Positions 40,201 through 51,420 of a stretch of DNA of 63,753 nt are shown here, piece after piece (position 1 is the first letter of the stretch; each line of letters starts with the position of its first letter). The notes below the pieces were generated by a model. The model was not told the DNA's origin. It saw only the letters and a list, made by a program, of their open reading frames with translations, and did not search any database. The position numbers and the translations under genes were made by a program. Source of the stretch: Octopus bimaculoides (Eukaryota); contig NC_068982.1 in the NCBI RefSeq assembly GCF_001194135.2, forward strand, positions 9,764,088 to 9,827,840, written 5' to 3'.

Positions 40201-41821
40201 CTAATGATGCATTTTTTTTTTAAATAAAATCTCCTTGGAAGAAATACTGATAGAAATTCCAAATTTTTCATTTATTTGAAAAATACTTTTTGCTATTAAT
40301 CCGATTAATTTCTTTTTTAAATTATATATATATTTTTTTAATAGATTGATGGCAATAAATTGCAACAACTGCTTGAAGACAAAAACATAATTATTTCTAT
40401 GTAAAATTCTAACATACCACCTACATTAAAACATTCGATAATAAGTGTATTTCAATTACTTTTTCAAGTTTTAGGCATATTATAAGAGGAACTTAATTGG
40501 AGAAAAAATTTTTAAAAAAACGATTGAAAGTAATCCCCTTTAGGAACATAACTCTATTATTTTCAGGATGTTTTTCTTATACACTACTTTTTTAATGAAC
40601 CTCAACAAAAATTGTATAAATAATAATACGGAATGCTAGGTTGGAATTCTTATCAATTTAACAAATATTCTAAAAATGTGTTCCTGAAAAAAATTTAAAA
40701 TATTGGCAAAATTTTTTCTTAACACATGGTATTTCTAAAGAAGAAAGAAAATAATTTATCTACATTGATTCAGATTGTTTACATCTAATTTTTCAACTAT
40801 TTATTTTTGCTAAGCGCTACTGTACAAGATGGTACTTGAAATTTAATAGGTGCTATTAGCTTAAAATTTTCTATGTTTTTAATTCTTAATAATACATATG
40901 GTGCTGATGTATACATAGAATATCTTCATTTCAATTTGAGCAAACCTTTCCTTATGTAAGGATTCCTGCCACAGCAAATCAAATCAAAATTAAAAGCCAT
41001 GAGAAATTACTATTATCAAATCCAAATCAAACAAAGAGCTGAGCACAGAAGACAATTACTTCCCTCACGAAACAATTCAGATAGCTGTACCATTGAGAGC
41101 ATACAGAAATCATGCCAAATATCTGAAACTACATTTCTTAAACACCATATTAATTCAATATAAATGTGAAGTAGCTTATAGATTTTCAGTTTCCTACTTT
41201 AAAATGTTTTCATTAGAATAAACTTGTTTCCAAGATAAATAGGAACTAAACAAAAATTTAATTTTTGAATTTATCTATTATTGTTAAAATGAAATGATCC
41301 AGAAGTTTCTTATAGTGGAATCATGGATTCAGTTTAATAATTAACTACAATATCTAAAAACTAAAAGTCACTGTTTTTCATCTTTATAATTAAGAAATTT
41401 CAAGATGTTTCAATTGGAAATCTATTTGAATCGTCAATATAATCCTTGAAGTTTTTTTAAATTGCATTTCAATTAGTCATTAACTTTAAAATATTTCATA
41501 TATTGTAAAGCAAACTTCTTCTGTTTGGAGACATCACAGCATAAAATTTATCTATTGTAAAAATTTAGCAGATAGTTTTTAGTAAAGAAATTAAGTCATA
41601 ATCTGATGACTTATAAGATATACTGAATTGCATGTAATCAAAAACGCATCGTTGAAATTACAGGAGTTGTTAATTATAACAACTTAATGAGAAAAAAATT
41701 TAACTCCCAGAATGCACTAAGATTTTTAAAGTAGAATTTAACAATTCTGAAACTAGCAATATGAAGTAGAAACTCTTATCAACTGTCCTATCCACATGAC
41801 TCTTACTTTCTTTCTTTCTTT

Positions 41822-41915
41822 TTCTCTCTCTCTCTCTCTCTCACTGTTGATGTAATAAACATATAAAACACACACAAATATATATATATAAATATATATA
41901 TATACACACATATAT

Positions 41916-41986
<71 letters not shown>

Positions 41987-42018
41987 GACACATATATATA
42001 TTTATATATATATATATA
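41822..42018. repeat. (CT)n-(CA)n-(TA)n compound microsatellite
   Basis: Directly visible. Confidence 0.95.
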
Positions 42019-42642
42019 AAGAATTAATGGCAGTTGATATGGAATTTATATGAAGAAATCACATAAGTCAAAATATCTACCCTCATAATAACGACAAAGG
42101 CAAAATAAGAAACAAATAATTCTAACTAGAATTATTAAAACATAATAACCAAATCGATATGCATCTAAGATACTGTGAAAAAAAGGTTGAATCCAATTAC
42201 AGTTTTCTGAAACTAATTGAAGTATTTTAAGAGAAATCTGGGAAAGAAAAAAATGGCTAACAATTCCTAAGCAAGAAACTTAGCCTCATTCTCATAATTT
42301 TAATTCGAGGATTGTATAAGTTGGCTTGCTAAGACATGGAGATGGCCTTTTCAGTACTGAATTGGAATTTCATAAGTAGTGTACAATACAGATAAATATA
42401 ATAGACTTATGCAAATAATACTTTTTCAAAGAAAGAATGCAAAATCCACTACAAAAAAATATGTATGGAATGACAATAACTACAATCTGCTTATGAATAT
42501 CTCTATAACTAGGTTCATAAAATTAAGTCATAATGAGCATTTACTACGTTAGGGGATGCTGTTGGCTACAGTATTAACATGCACTACAACACACAGTCTG
42601 TTGATGACTGACTGATTTCAGCACTTACAGATTGGCTCACAT

Positions 42643-42746
42643 TCACTGCAATGAACACTTCTCAGTAACCTCCCCTACACTTGCCGCCATTTTTTGCGGC
42701 AATTCCGAGACTTTGGAGGTGAGATCACTTAAGTTTGTAGGAAATT
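42643..42746 (-). CDS. cpx: Last coding exon ending in a CaaX box; probable complexin/synaphin C-terminus
   Basis: Strong acceptor TGCTTCTTTTCATTTTTTTCCAG; only the phase-1 frame is open: xFPTNLSDLTSKVSELPQKMAASVGEVTEKCSLQ*; GC-rich island in AT-rich DNA. An amphipathic helix followed by KCxxQ* matches the prenylated complexin C-terminus (Drosophila ..GKCVMQ). Identity rests on recall; upstream exons not found. Confidence 0.6.
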
Positions 42747-43089
42747 CTGGAAAAAAATGAAAAGAAGCAAAAAATCACCACATTAGACTACATTTACAAT
42801 ATAAGTTTTACTATATATATTTTTTTTAGTTTTTATAGCTTTTAAAGCACACATATGATATACACAGTTCAACAGAAGAAAAAAAAAAACAAAACAAGGA
42901 AGACAGGACTGCAATGCCAAATATACAAAATACAAAATGCAAACATACCAACTAAAAATTCTAGATATACTACCAAATCATAAATGAATGCAATGTAAAC
43001 TTTCCATCAGCAATCATGCATTTCTAGTCAAACAATAAACTAAAATAACACACGCACACACAAACTATATAATACATACATACATACAT

Positions 43090-43148
43090 ATATATATTTA
43101 TATATAAGCATGTGGATATATATATTTATATATAAGCATGTGGATATC
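43090..43148. repeat. 28-bp tandem duplication (TATATATTTATATATAAGCATGTGGATA x2)
   Basis: Directly visible. Confidence 0.85.
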
Positions 43149-44824
43149 TATCTATATATAAATACACATATATGTATATATATATATATATATGTGGATA
43201 TATATATACATTCAAAACTAATAAACAAAAATAATTTTTTTTTAAATTGACAACATAAAATATTATAGGATGTTTTCTGAATAAAACAAGCAAACCTTGA
43301 ATATAGAAAGGAAAGAGAAACTTGTTATAAAAAATGCCAGGAAATCTCTTTTCCTAAAATATTTTAAATTCAATGTATTAGTTCTTTAAAAAAAAATGGA
43401 AATCATTGTGGTGGTTTATAGGAAGCACTTTTTGAGAAGACAAAAAACATGGTGAACGGAACGCTAATAAAATTCGTAAATTAATTAGAACGAACATTAT
43501 TGTAGTTGGAATCAAAATGTTACGTAAAAAGCCAAAAAAAAAAAATACTTAATTGATGAATAGGATATATATTCTTTGACAAACATTTGAGATAGAGCTG
43601 TTGAAGTGGTTGCCTCTGTATAAGATAGAAGCGGAGTGGCTGTACAATTGCATAAATGATAAAAATAGTTATTGAAGTACAATCTGAATATTTTGCGCAA
43701 ATACATTTGACAATAATTGGTTGTGGTAAAATACTGACATCAAGTTTTTTTTTAAATTTTTTATTGAATGCAGATTTTTAGAATAATCACTCTAATATAA
43801 ATAATTTCCAGTCATAACTCAGTTAAGATATTCAGTTACTTTATTTTACTACAATTAAATTGATTTTAATTATGTTTCCATCCTTGTACAATCACAGCTT
43901 AAACCACCGAATACATAATGATTATTCGATATTGAACTTTTCTTAAATATTAATACATGATACAAAGAAAAGCAAACCTACTTCTAAATCAAAATGTTCA
44001 TATTGCCTTTAAAAAATTTCTAAAGAATATTCAGTTATTTAAAATATATTGTAACACTCTCTCATAATTTTAGTTATACTTAATTCATAGCTGTCTACTT
44101 ATAAATGTTTTCTTAATAAACACTGCTCAATATTACTGATAAAAATTAATAAAATTATCGTGAAATATACCAAAGAACAGAATGATGACCGATTTTGTTA
44201 GATTATTTTAAGGACATCTCTTGTTGAGATGTATTCTGAGTTGAGGATATAACTGATTGTAAGTAAAGTCATGAAAGACCTTGTGTTATTCGAGAGTAAA
44301 AGTTTCACAAATGTTCACCTACTTTTCATTGCCAAAAATAATTTGCTACACACATGCACATATTTTCTTAGCAAATCAAACACCATAACAAACAAGTTTG
44401 TATGCATGAGTTTACAAGCATTGAATTAAATCAATAATAAAATACATTGAAGGCAACAACAAATGCTATTATGGTGGTTTCCATTAGAAATGTGTTTGTT
44501 GTAAAGAAAATTTTAAATAAATAAATTTAATTAAAAACAATATTGTTCAACTGAGTAACAGCAAATATAGCATTTCTGCATATACATACATATATACATG
44601 CACACACTTCAAAACAGCTGATGATTCATTTTGCTATGTCTGAACAATAGCCTGTAGTGATTAAAATCTGAGCAGCAACAAGGTGAACAGGTGAGCTGTT
44701 TCTAAAGAAAATTTCTTACATGGTATTCTTTTGTTTGTAACTCCAAGTGTTTACAGAATAGACTCTCCCATCAGAGGTGACATAGGAACATTTAGCTTTT
44801 TGCCGAACGACCTGTACAAATTAT

Positions 44825-45056
44825 TTGTTTAGAGGATCAAATATTCATGCCGCACTTTAGCTCACTCCTTCCATGAAATCAACATTATCTGAACAAGAGC
44901 ACGGTGAGTGTACCATAAATCAGGTGTCAAAGTGGTTGCAGAGCAATGCAAGATGAAGAGTCTTGCTCAAGAACATGACACACCACCCAGTCTGGGAATT
45001 GAACTCATGATCACTAGATCACAAGTGCAACACTCTAACCACCAAGTCATGCGCCC

Positions 45057-45058
<2 letters not shown>
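44825..45058 (-). mobile_element. tRNA-derived SINE (family C-like head, different body)
   Basis: Minus strand GACTTGGTGGTTAGAGTGTTGCAC (A box), GAGTTCAATTCCCAGAC (B box), GTTCTTGAGCAAGACTCTTCAT middle. Confidence 0.8.
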
Positions 45059-45111
<53 letters not shown>

Positions 45112-45637
45112 TCCTCACCTCTTGCTCTCCAGACATCTTTGATGCCAACATAAATGAGCTACTGATAAAATGACAAAATGGTGTTGATAATTTAGGTGCA
45201 TACTTTGATTATCTACATTGATTTTTGTTGAGATAGAGTAAAATAAACTTTCAGTTCAAAATCAGACATTTCATTCTTAATGACATGAGATATATATATG
45301 TGTGTGTGTATAGATATGATGTGTGTACATGCGGTAGGGAAAGTATAATCCAAACTATAAAAATCAGGGCATGAAAGAAATTATGATGAAGTTTATTTAT
45401 ATACACACACACATATGTATGTATGTTTTAGACTGTATCAAAACTAAATGAAAACCATGAGCTTTTGGTCACTAGTACTCGATGTTCCATCTGGTGCTGT
45501 AAAATCTAAAATAATTTTGCATAAGTCTTACTACATCGAGTCAGTTGATTCATATGACCTCAAGTGGTTATATTTTTCTTGCACAAATATTACTAACTCT
45601 ACATCACCAAGAGATTTTATATAAGATAACAGTTGCT

Positions 45638-45817
45638 GTTCTATATTTAAGAGATGAGGAATTCTGTATATTATTTACATTTGACGGATATTTGTTTTCA
45701 TCTTGTTTGTTGTTAACACAATGTTTCAGCTGATATGCCCTCCAGCATTCATCAGGTGTATTGGGGAAATTTCAAACATGGGTTCTCATTCCTAAGGTAT
45801 TTTTTGATGTTATTGTC

Positions 45818-45848
<31 letters not shown>

Positions 45849-45974
45849 TCACTGCCTGGAATCGAACTCAGAATCTTGGGGTTAGTAGCCTACGCTCTTA
45901 ACAACTATGCCATATGCCCATAGTGAGGACAAATATCCATCAAATGTAAATAATGTAAATAATGTAAATAATGT
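45638..45974 (-). mobile_element. Family H element, one full arm plus a truncated inverted arm
   Basis: Terminal GTTCTATATTTAAGAGATGAGGA, hammerhead 45715-45760, (TTA)n, tRNA-like head to about 45915, then opposite-strand tail TGAGGACAAATATCC..(ATGTAAATA)n; imperfect 12-bp TSD ATAACAGTTGCT / ATAAAAATTGCT. Confidence 0.88.
45715..45760 (-). ncRNA. Minimal hammerhead motif, damaged
   Basis: TACAC-CTGATGA-A-TGCTG-GAGGGCATAT-CAGCT-GAAA-CA-TT-GTGTT. Confidence 0.6.
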
Positions 45975-46170
45975 ATAAAAATTGCTATATAAACAGGTTG
46001 ACCATAAGAGCATGTGTAACAATGATTACTTGAAAACTGAATGAGATGCAAATAAGCTGCATTTGTAATGCTTTGGGTTGCCAGGATATGTAAGCTTCCT
46101 TCAGTAGTTATAAAGCCACACACATGTATGTATGTGTATATATATAGATATATATATATATATATATATA

Positions 46171-46297
46171 GGCTCAGGAATGGCTGTGTGGTAAATAGCT
46201 TGCTTACCAACCACACGGTCTTGGGTTCAGTATAGTATTTGGCTGACCAAAGCCTTGTGAGTGGATTTGGTAGACGGAAACTGAATGAAGTCCATCG

Positions 46298-46330
<33 letters not shown>
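46171..46330 (+). mobile_element. SINE family A 5' part with the CORE-like segment deleted
   Basis: GGCTCAGGAATGGCTGTGTGGTAAATAGC..GGGTTCAGT joined directly to GACCAAAGCCTTGTGAGTGGATTTGGTAGACGG. Confidence 0.85.
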
Positions 46331-46989
46331 ATGTGAGTATATGTTTGTATTATATGTATGTGTGTGTAAGCAAGACTCTATGCATATATAAGAATAATAT
46401 CTTTAACAAAGTAAGAATAAAAATTATATACATATATGTTATAAACTTGGTAAGTTCTCTCCATTGCATATCAGTGTTATGCCTCAGTGTTAAATGAATT
46501 CATTGGGTTCAGAAACTGAAGGTTCTGAAAGAATACTTATAAAATTGCATGGGACATTTTTGTTTCTAAAAGTATACAGTTTTTAACGTTGTAAAATGAG
46601 AAAATCCCAAAGGACTGCAAAATGACAGAAGAAAAAAATATTAATGTGTAGATACATCAGCATAAAAGGATATAATTAGAGAGAGAAGGATTTGCAACAG
46701 AAGTGCGTTGGTAAGGCTATGGAAATAAGAACCCATAGGCAAGAGGCCAATAAACAGCCATTTGAAGAAGATACCATATAAATGGCAATATTTTCAAGAA
46801 TTATACTGTGATAAACTTTCAATACTAGATTGCTTGTTGGGAAATATTTCAACAATCTACATATTAATTTTGTTATCACTTTTTCTCATTCTTATGTTAT
46901 AGAATCACGAGTTATGTATTTAAAATAATATATAATATAATATAAATAAAATGCAATTGGCTGTTTCAACAAGTACGGAAATAAAGAAG

Positions 46990-47100
46990 AGAGAGATGTA
47001 TATATATATAGAGAGAGAGAGAGAGTGGGAGAGAGACAAAGAGAAAGAGAGAGAGAGAAAGAGAAAGAGAGAGAGAGAAAGAGAAAGAGAGAGAGAGAAA
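46990..47100. repeat. (GA)n/(GAAA) polypurine tract
   Basis: Directly visible. Confidence 0.95.
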
Positions 47101-47242
47101 TGTAATTAAAAATATGAAGAATAAGATATACAAATGAAAATAGTGCTGATGAAAATATTGCTGTTTGTATGTTTATACATACATGGAAAAAAAAAGGCAA
47201 AATACTGATGTATGGTATTTCAGAAATGAATTTGAATTCATT

Positions 47243-47870
47243 TCATTATCATCATCGTTTAACGTCTGCTTTCCATGCTGGCATGGGTTGGATGGTTTCA
47301 CTGAGGATTGGCAGGCCAGAAAGCTGCACCAGGCTCCAATCTGATCTGGCAATCTTCCTACAGCTGGATGCCCTTCCTAATACCAACCACCCTGAGAGTG
47401 TAGTGGGTGCTTTTTATGTGCCACCAGATGACATTGGCAACGACCACACTTGAATGGTACTTTTTACATGCCACCAGCTTGGGAGCCAGTCAGGCAGCAC
47501 TGGCATCGACCATACTCGAATGGTGCTTTTTACGTGCCACCGGCATAGGTGCTAATTAGGAGGTACTGTCATTGGCCACGACAACGACTTCACTTGCCTC
47601 AACAGGTCTTCACAAGCGCAGTTTATTGCCCAATGACTGAAGGGTACCCTTAAATGGCTGGTTATGCTGCACAGGCAGAGGCCACAGTTATGATCTCACT
47701 TGGCTTGTCGGGTCTTCACAAACACAGCATATCTCCAAAAGTCTTTTTCATGTGTCATCGCCTCGGTGAGGCCCAGCGTTCAAAGGTTGTGCTTCAACAC
47801 CTCATCCCAGGTTTTCTTTGGTCTACCTCTTCCACAGGTTCCCTCTACTTCAAGAGTATGATACAGTGTG
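47243..47870 (-). mobile_element. 5'-truncated RTE-clade LINE (ORF C-terminus, 3' UTR, (GAT)n tail)
   Basis: 47860-47696 translates HTLEVEGTCGRGRPKKTWDEVLKHNL*TLGLTEAMTHEKDFWRYAVFVKTRQAK* (RTE RGRP.KTW motif); ends GGAAAGCAGACGTTAAACGATGATGAT. Confidence 0.88.
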
Positions 47871-48048
47871 TTTATTATGATAGTTTGACCTTAGAGTCCC
47901 TCTTAGCATGAGGCATTCATGTATAGTAATGCCCTTATATAAATAAATATATTTTGGGGAATAAATGATTTTTCCCTTATGAGGTTTTTTTCACGCTAGC
48001 TACTTGATAAATTCTTATAAAAGATTTTATCCTATTATTGAATTAATG

Positions 48049-48095
<47 letters not shown>

Positions 48096-49971
48096 GATTT
48101 GTGTATAATGCTTTATGTTCTCTAAATATTAATATTTCTACCTTTACTCTGAATCTGTGCACAGAAGGGAAAAATATTATACATATATATATCATTAACA
48201 TTCCCTGCACAATTTATTCATCATCTCATAATATTATTTTCCTGCAAATAGCTATGACTGTGAAATCATATCCTTTAGAATTTCAGAAAATTTTGATTTT
48301 CATCTGCTATATTTTTCAAGAACATTGTTTGCTGTAAACTTAATTAGCAGCATCACATTTCATAAAAAAAATAAAATACACATGGTGTTACATATTATAA
48401 TATTATACCACATCACCTCGACACTTAAAAACTTGAAGCAACTTGGGTTGCTATCTGGAATGTTATGAATGACACTTTTAAAGAATAGCTTGATTCTTTA
48501 AAAGAGAGAATAACATTTAAAAATACTTACCATTAATCGAATGAGAAAGTATTTTCAAATTAATAGATATTCAATATTATCAATATTGAATTCTAATAAG
48601 TTTTCTCTGAATTGTCACTCATGTTTTAAGAGAATAACTTTGAAATACAAAATGATCTAAAATTCAATATGGGTGTAGATTTACCTTCAGAACATATTAA
48701 GCAATGCAAACAACAAATGTTTATATTACAAAGTAAATATTGATACTTAAACAGTAATTTCTTTATTCGAATATTCATCATTTCAAATCAAATATTATGA
48801 ACACACACATATATATATGCAGGTGTATGTTTATGTATGCATGTGTATCTGTGATATTTATAATTTATAATATGTAATACAAAGGCATAAATATGCAAAC
48901 ATAAATATATATAGATAAATTCTGTACATATATTAACGCAGCTAACTCTGTATGTATGTGTACACAAACATATATGAATTTCTTATTAGTTGTTTGCCAC
49001 ATTATTTAACATTACTTATTTCTCTAAGTATCAGAGTATGTCAGCAATGAATCAAATTATACAAGGTTACATAAATATGTGGATCGTTTGTAGTAGAAAA
49101 TAAAAGAAAATTGTAGGATTGTGTGGGAAAAAATGTATAGAATTATCTAAAACTTAAGAGGAATTAATACAAGTTTTCAGAAATTAATTATTCAAAATAT
49201 GAACAAATACAAAATGTAATATCGAGTTTTGATTTTGTAATCCCTTTTTTTTTCAAAATAAAGTGAATATAAATATCTGATTAAAAGATATGTAGTTTTT
49301 CAAAGCGACATTCCTTTAATGTGAATACAAAATATATGATGAAAAAATATAGCTAAAACGAGAGAACATTTTAAAAGAAAATGCTGAGCAATGTACAAAA
49401 AGGTTCTTATTTCATCTTGAATATTTTTTCAGTTAATTGAATTGTTAAGGAAATACAACAGAACATTTTGGTTCAGCAACCCATGAAATGAAAATCTGTT
49501 CATTCATTTTTGTGTTCTTTCTAAAAGAAAATGTATATTTTGGTTTTTAAAGAAATGGATGCTTATTCTTGTATATCATAAACATAACCAAATTCAACTG
49601 TTTTAGAATGTAATATGAAAGTTGTAATATTTTAAAGGTCTGTTATAGAAGAAAGATGGTAAATTCCATGGAACCAGAACAAGCTAATATTAATTTCTGG
49701 TCAAATACGCTTCATTTTTAAGTGCCTCCCATCTCTTTTAAAACCAATGCATTTAATTTGTTAGAAGGAAATTGCTAAGGAAAAATATGTAAAGTTTTGT
49801 GTCTCAATATCGAAAGGTTAAGTTATGTGGTTAATCTGCCTCAAATCAATCTCGATTGAATGAACTTATGTTGAAAGTCATTTCACATACAAAATATAAG
49901 ATCACATTATCCAATGTATTTTTCAAATAGTAATATTGGGCCATAACGTTGTGATTTGAAGAGTATTTGGT

Positions 49972-50052
49972 AACTACGCGTATATGGCATAGTGGTTAAG
50001 AGCCTGGGCTACTAACCCCAAGATTCTGAGTTTGATTCCAGGCAGTGGCCTA

Positions 50053-50122
<70 letters not shown>

Positions 50123-50246
50123 TCGAAAAATACCTTATGAATGAGAAACCAGGCTCGAAATTTCCCCAAGACACCTGATGAAGGCTGGAGAGTATATCAG
50201 CCAAAACGTTGTGTTAACAACAAACAAGATGAGGACAAATATCCAT
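49972..50246 (+). mobile_element. Family H element, single arm with expanded (AAT)n
   Basis: A box TGGCATAGTGG, B box GAGTTTGATTCC, (AAT)n about 50054-50119, hammerhead 50170-50215, tail AAGATGAGGACAAATATCC. Confidence 0.9.
50170..50215 (+). ncRNA. Minimal type-I hammerhead, one substitution (G12A) from canonical
   Basis: GACAC-CTGATGA-A-GGCTG-GAGAGTATAT-CAGCC-AAAA-CG-TT-GTGTT. Confidence 0.75.
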
Positions 50247-50797
50247 CTAATGTAAATATTGTACTTCTGGGAAATTAAAATGGCCATCAAATCAAATGTT
50301 CCTTCTCAAAAAAGTTGAGAACAAGCCTCATTGGCTTGTCAATAAAGTAACAAGCAATAATATGTTGCAGTAGGCTTGATTTAACTATAACCTTCACCAT
50401 TAAAAACTTAGTCCTTTGTCAAAATGAAGAAATGTTTAGTATTCTTTTCTATGATATTGTATGTCTTGTAAGTAAATGAAAACTGGAAAGTTTTAAAGTA
50501 ATTTGTCTTCTCAAGAGGGTCAAAAATTGACTTGCTTTTATATTTATAAAATCATATTTCATCTTTTATACCTGTAAATAAATAAATATCCTCATTATGC
50601 TATGTATAAAACTTAACCCATTAAAATCAGAACACAACAATACCAGTTCTTGATATTTTTGCAGTAAATGTGATCAGAGCTGACTTGAGTCTTGAAACAA
50701 CTAAAATAAACAAATGAACTTCCTATAAAATTTCCAAGTAAATTTTGTATGCATGAAGTACTTATTCCGTTTCACAAATATGATCTAGAGTTTATAA

Positions 50798-50864
50798 CAT
50801 TATTTACATTATTTACATTATTTACATTTGATGGATATTTGTCGTCATCTTAAATATAGAACTG
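50798..50864. mobile_element. 67-bp family H derivative (inverted tail fused to the terminal end) with perfect 12-bp TSD
   Basis: TSD TAGAGTTTATAA at 50786-50797 and 50865-50876. Confidence 0.88.
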
Positions 50865-51381
50865 TAGAGTTTATAAGTTTACAAAATAAAATATGATAAT
50901 AATAAGAATTTGTCTTCAAAGCAAAAGAGAATAATATACAGTAAAAGTTATCTTTCAGTTATGATTATGGATAGTATATTCAGGAGCATACAACATTGAA
51001 GTGTCCACAATGGCTTTAAAGACTGTTTTGAATTGCTTTCCAACTCATTTGTTTTCACTAAAGTGATAAAAGTGTTGTAAGAAAGATTGATCATTCATTC
51101 TCATTAATAATCTAGATTGTCCTAAATGTAACACTAACTTCTTATAGTCTTTTAAGAAGGTATAACTGGAATAACCTCGTTTTTCAACATTAAAGTTTAT
51201 ATCATAAATATCTACATGTGGTCTTTCTTGTGACAATTCAAACATGCTTTATTAAAAGTATTTAGCTATGCAAACCCATTGGTTTTCTTCAGACCAAAAT
51301 TTTTCAGAACACTTTTTCTACTTGTAAAAGTCTATATCCACAGGCTGGACCAACAAGCTCAAGGTGAACGATGATACTATG

Positions 51382-51420
51382 CTGATGAGGTCTAATAAGA
51401 CCGAAACATCTCTAGATGTC
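51382..51420 (+). ncRNA. Hammerhead core with stems II and III intact and a GUC triplet; stem I not formed
   Basis: CTGATGA-GGTCT-AATA-AGACC-GAA-ACATC-TCTA-GATGT-C. Confidence 0.7.

Noticed and set aside
44780-44815. Minus-strand acceptor TTGTACAG as an alternative complexin exon
   Set aside because: The upstream tract is a SINE tail with poor pyrimidine content, and the phase-1 frame stops after six codons.
12165-50040. tRNA-like A/B boxes as tRNA genes
   Set aside because: All run into SINE bodies and lack a complete acceptor stem.
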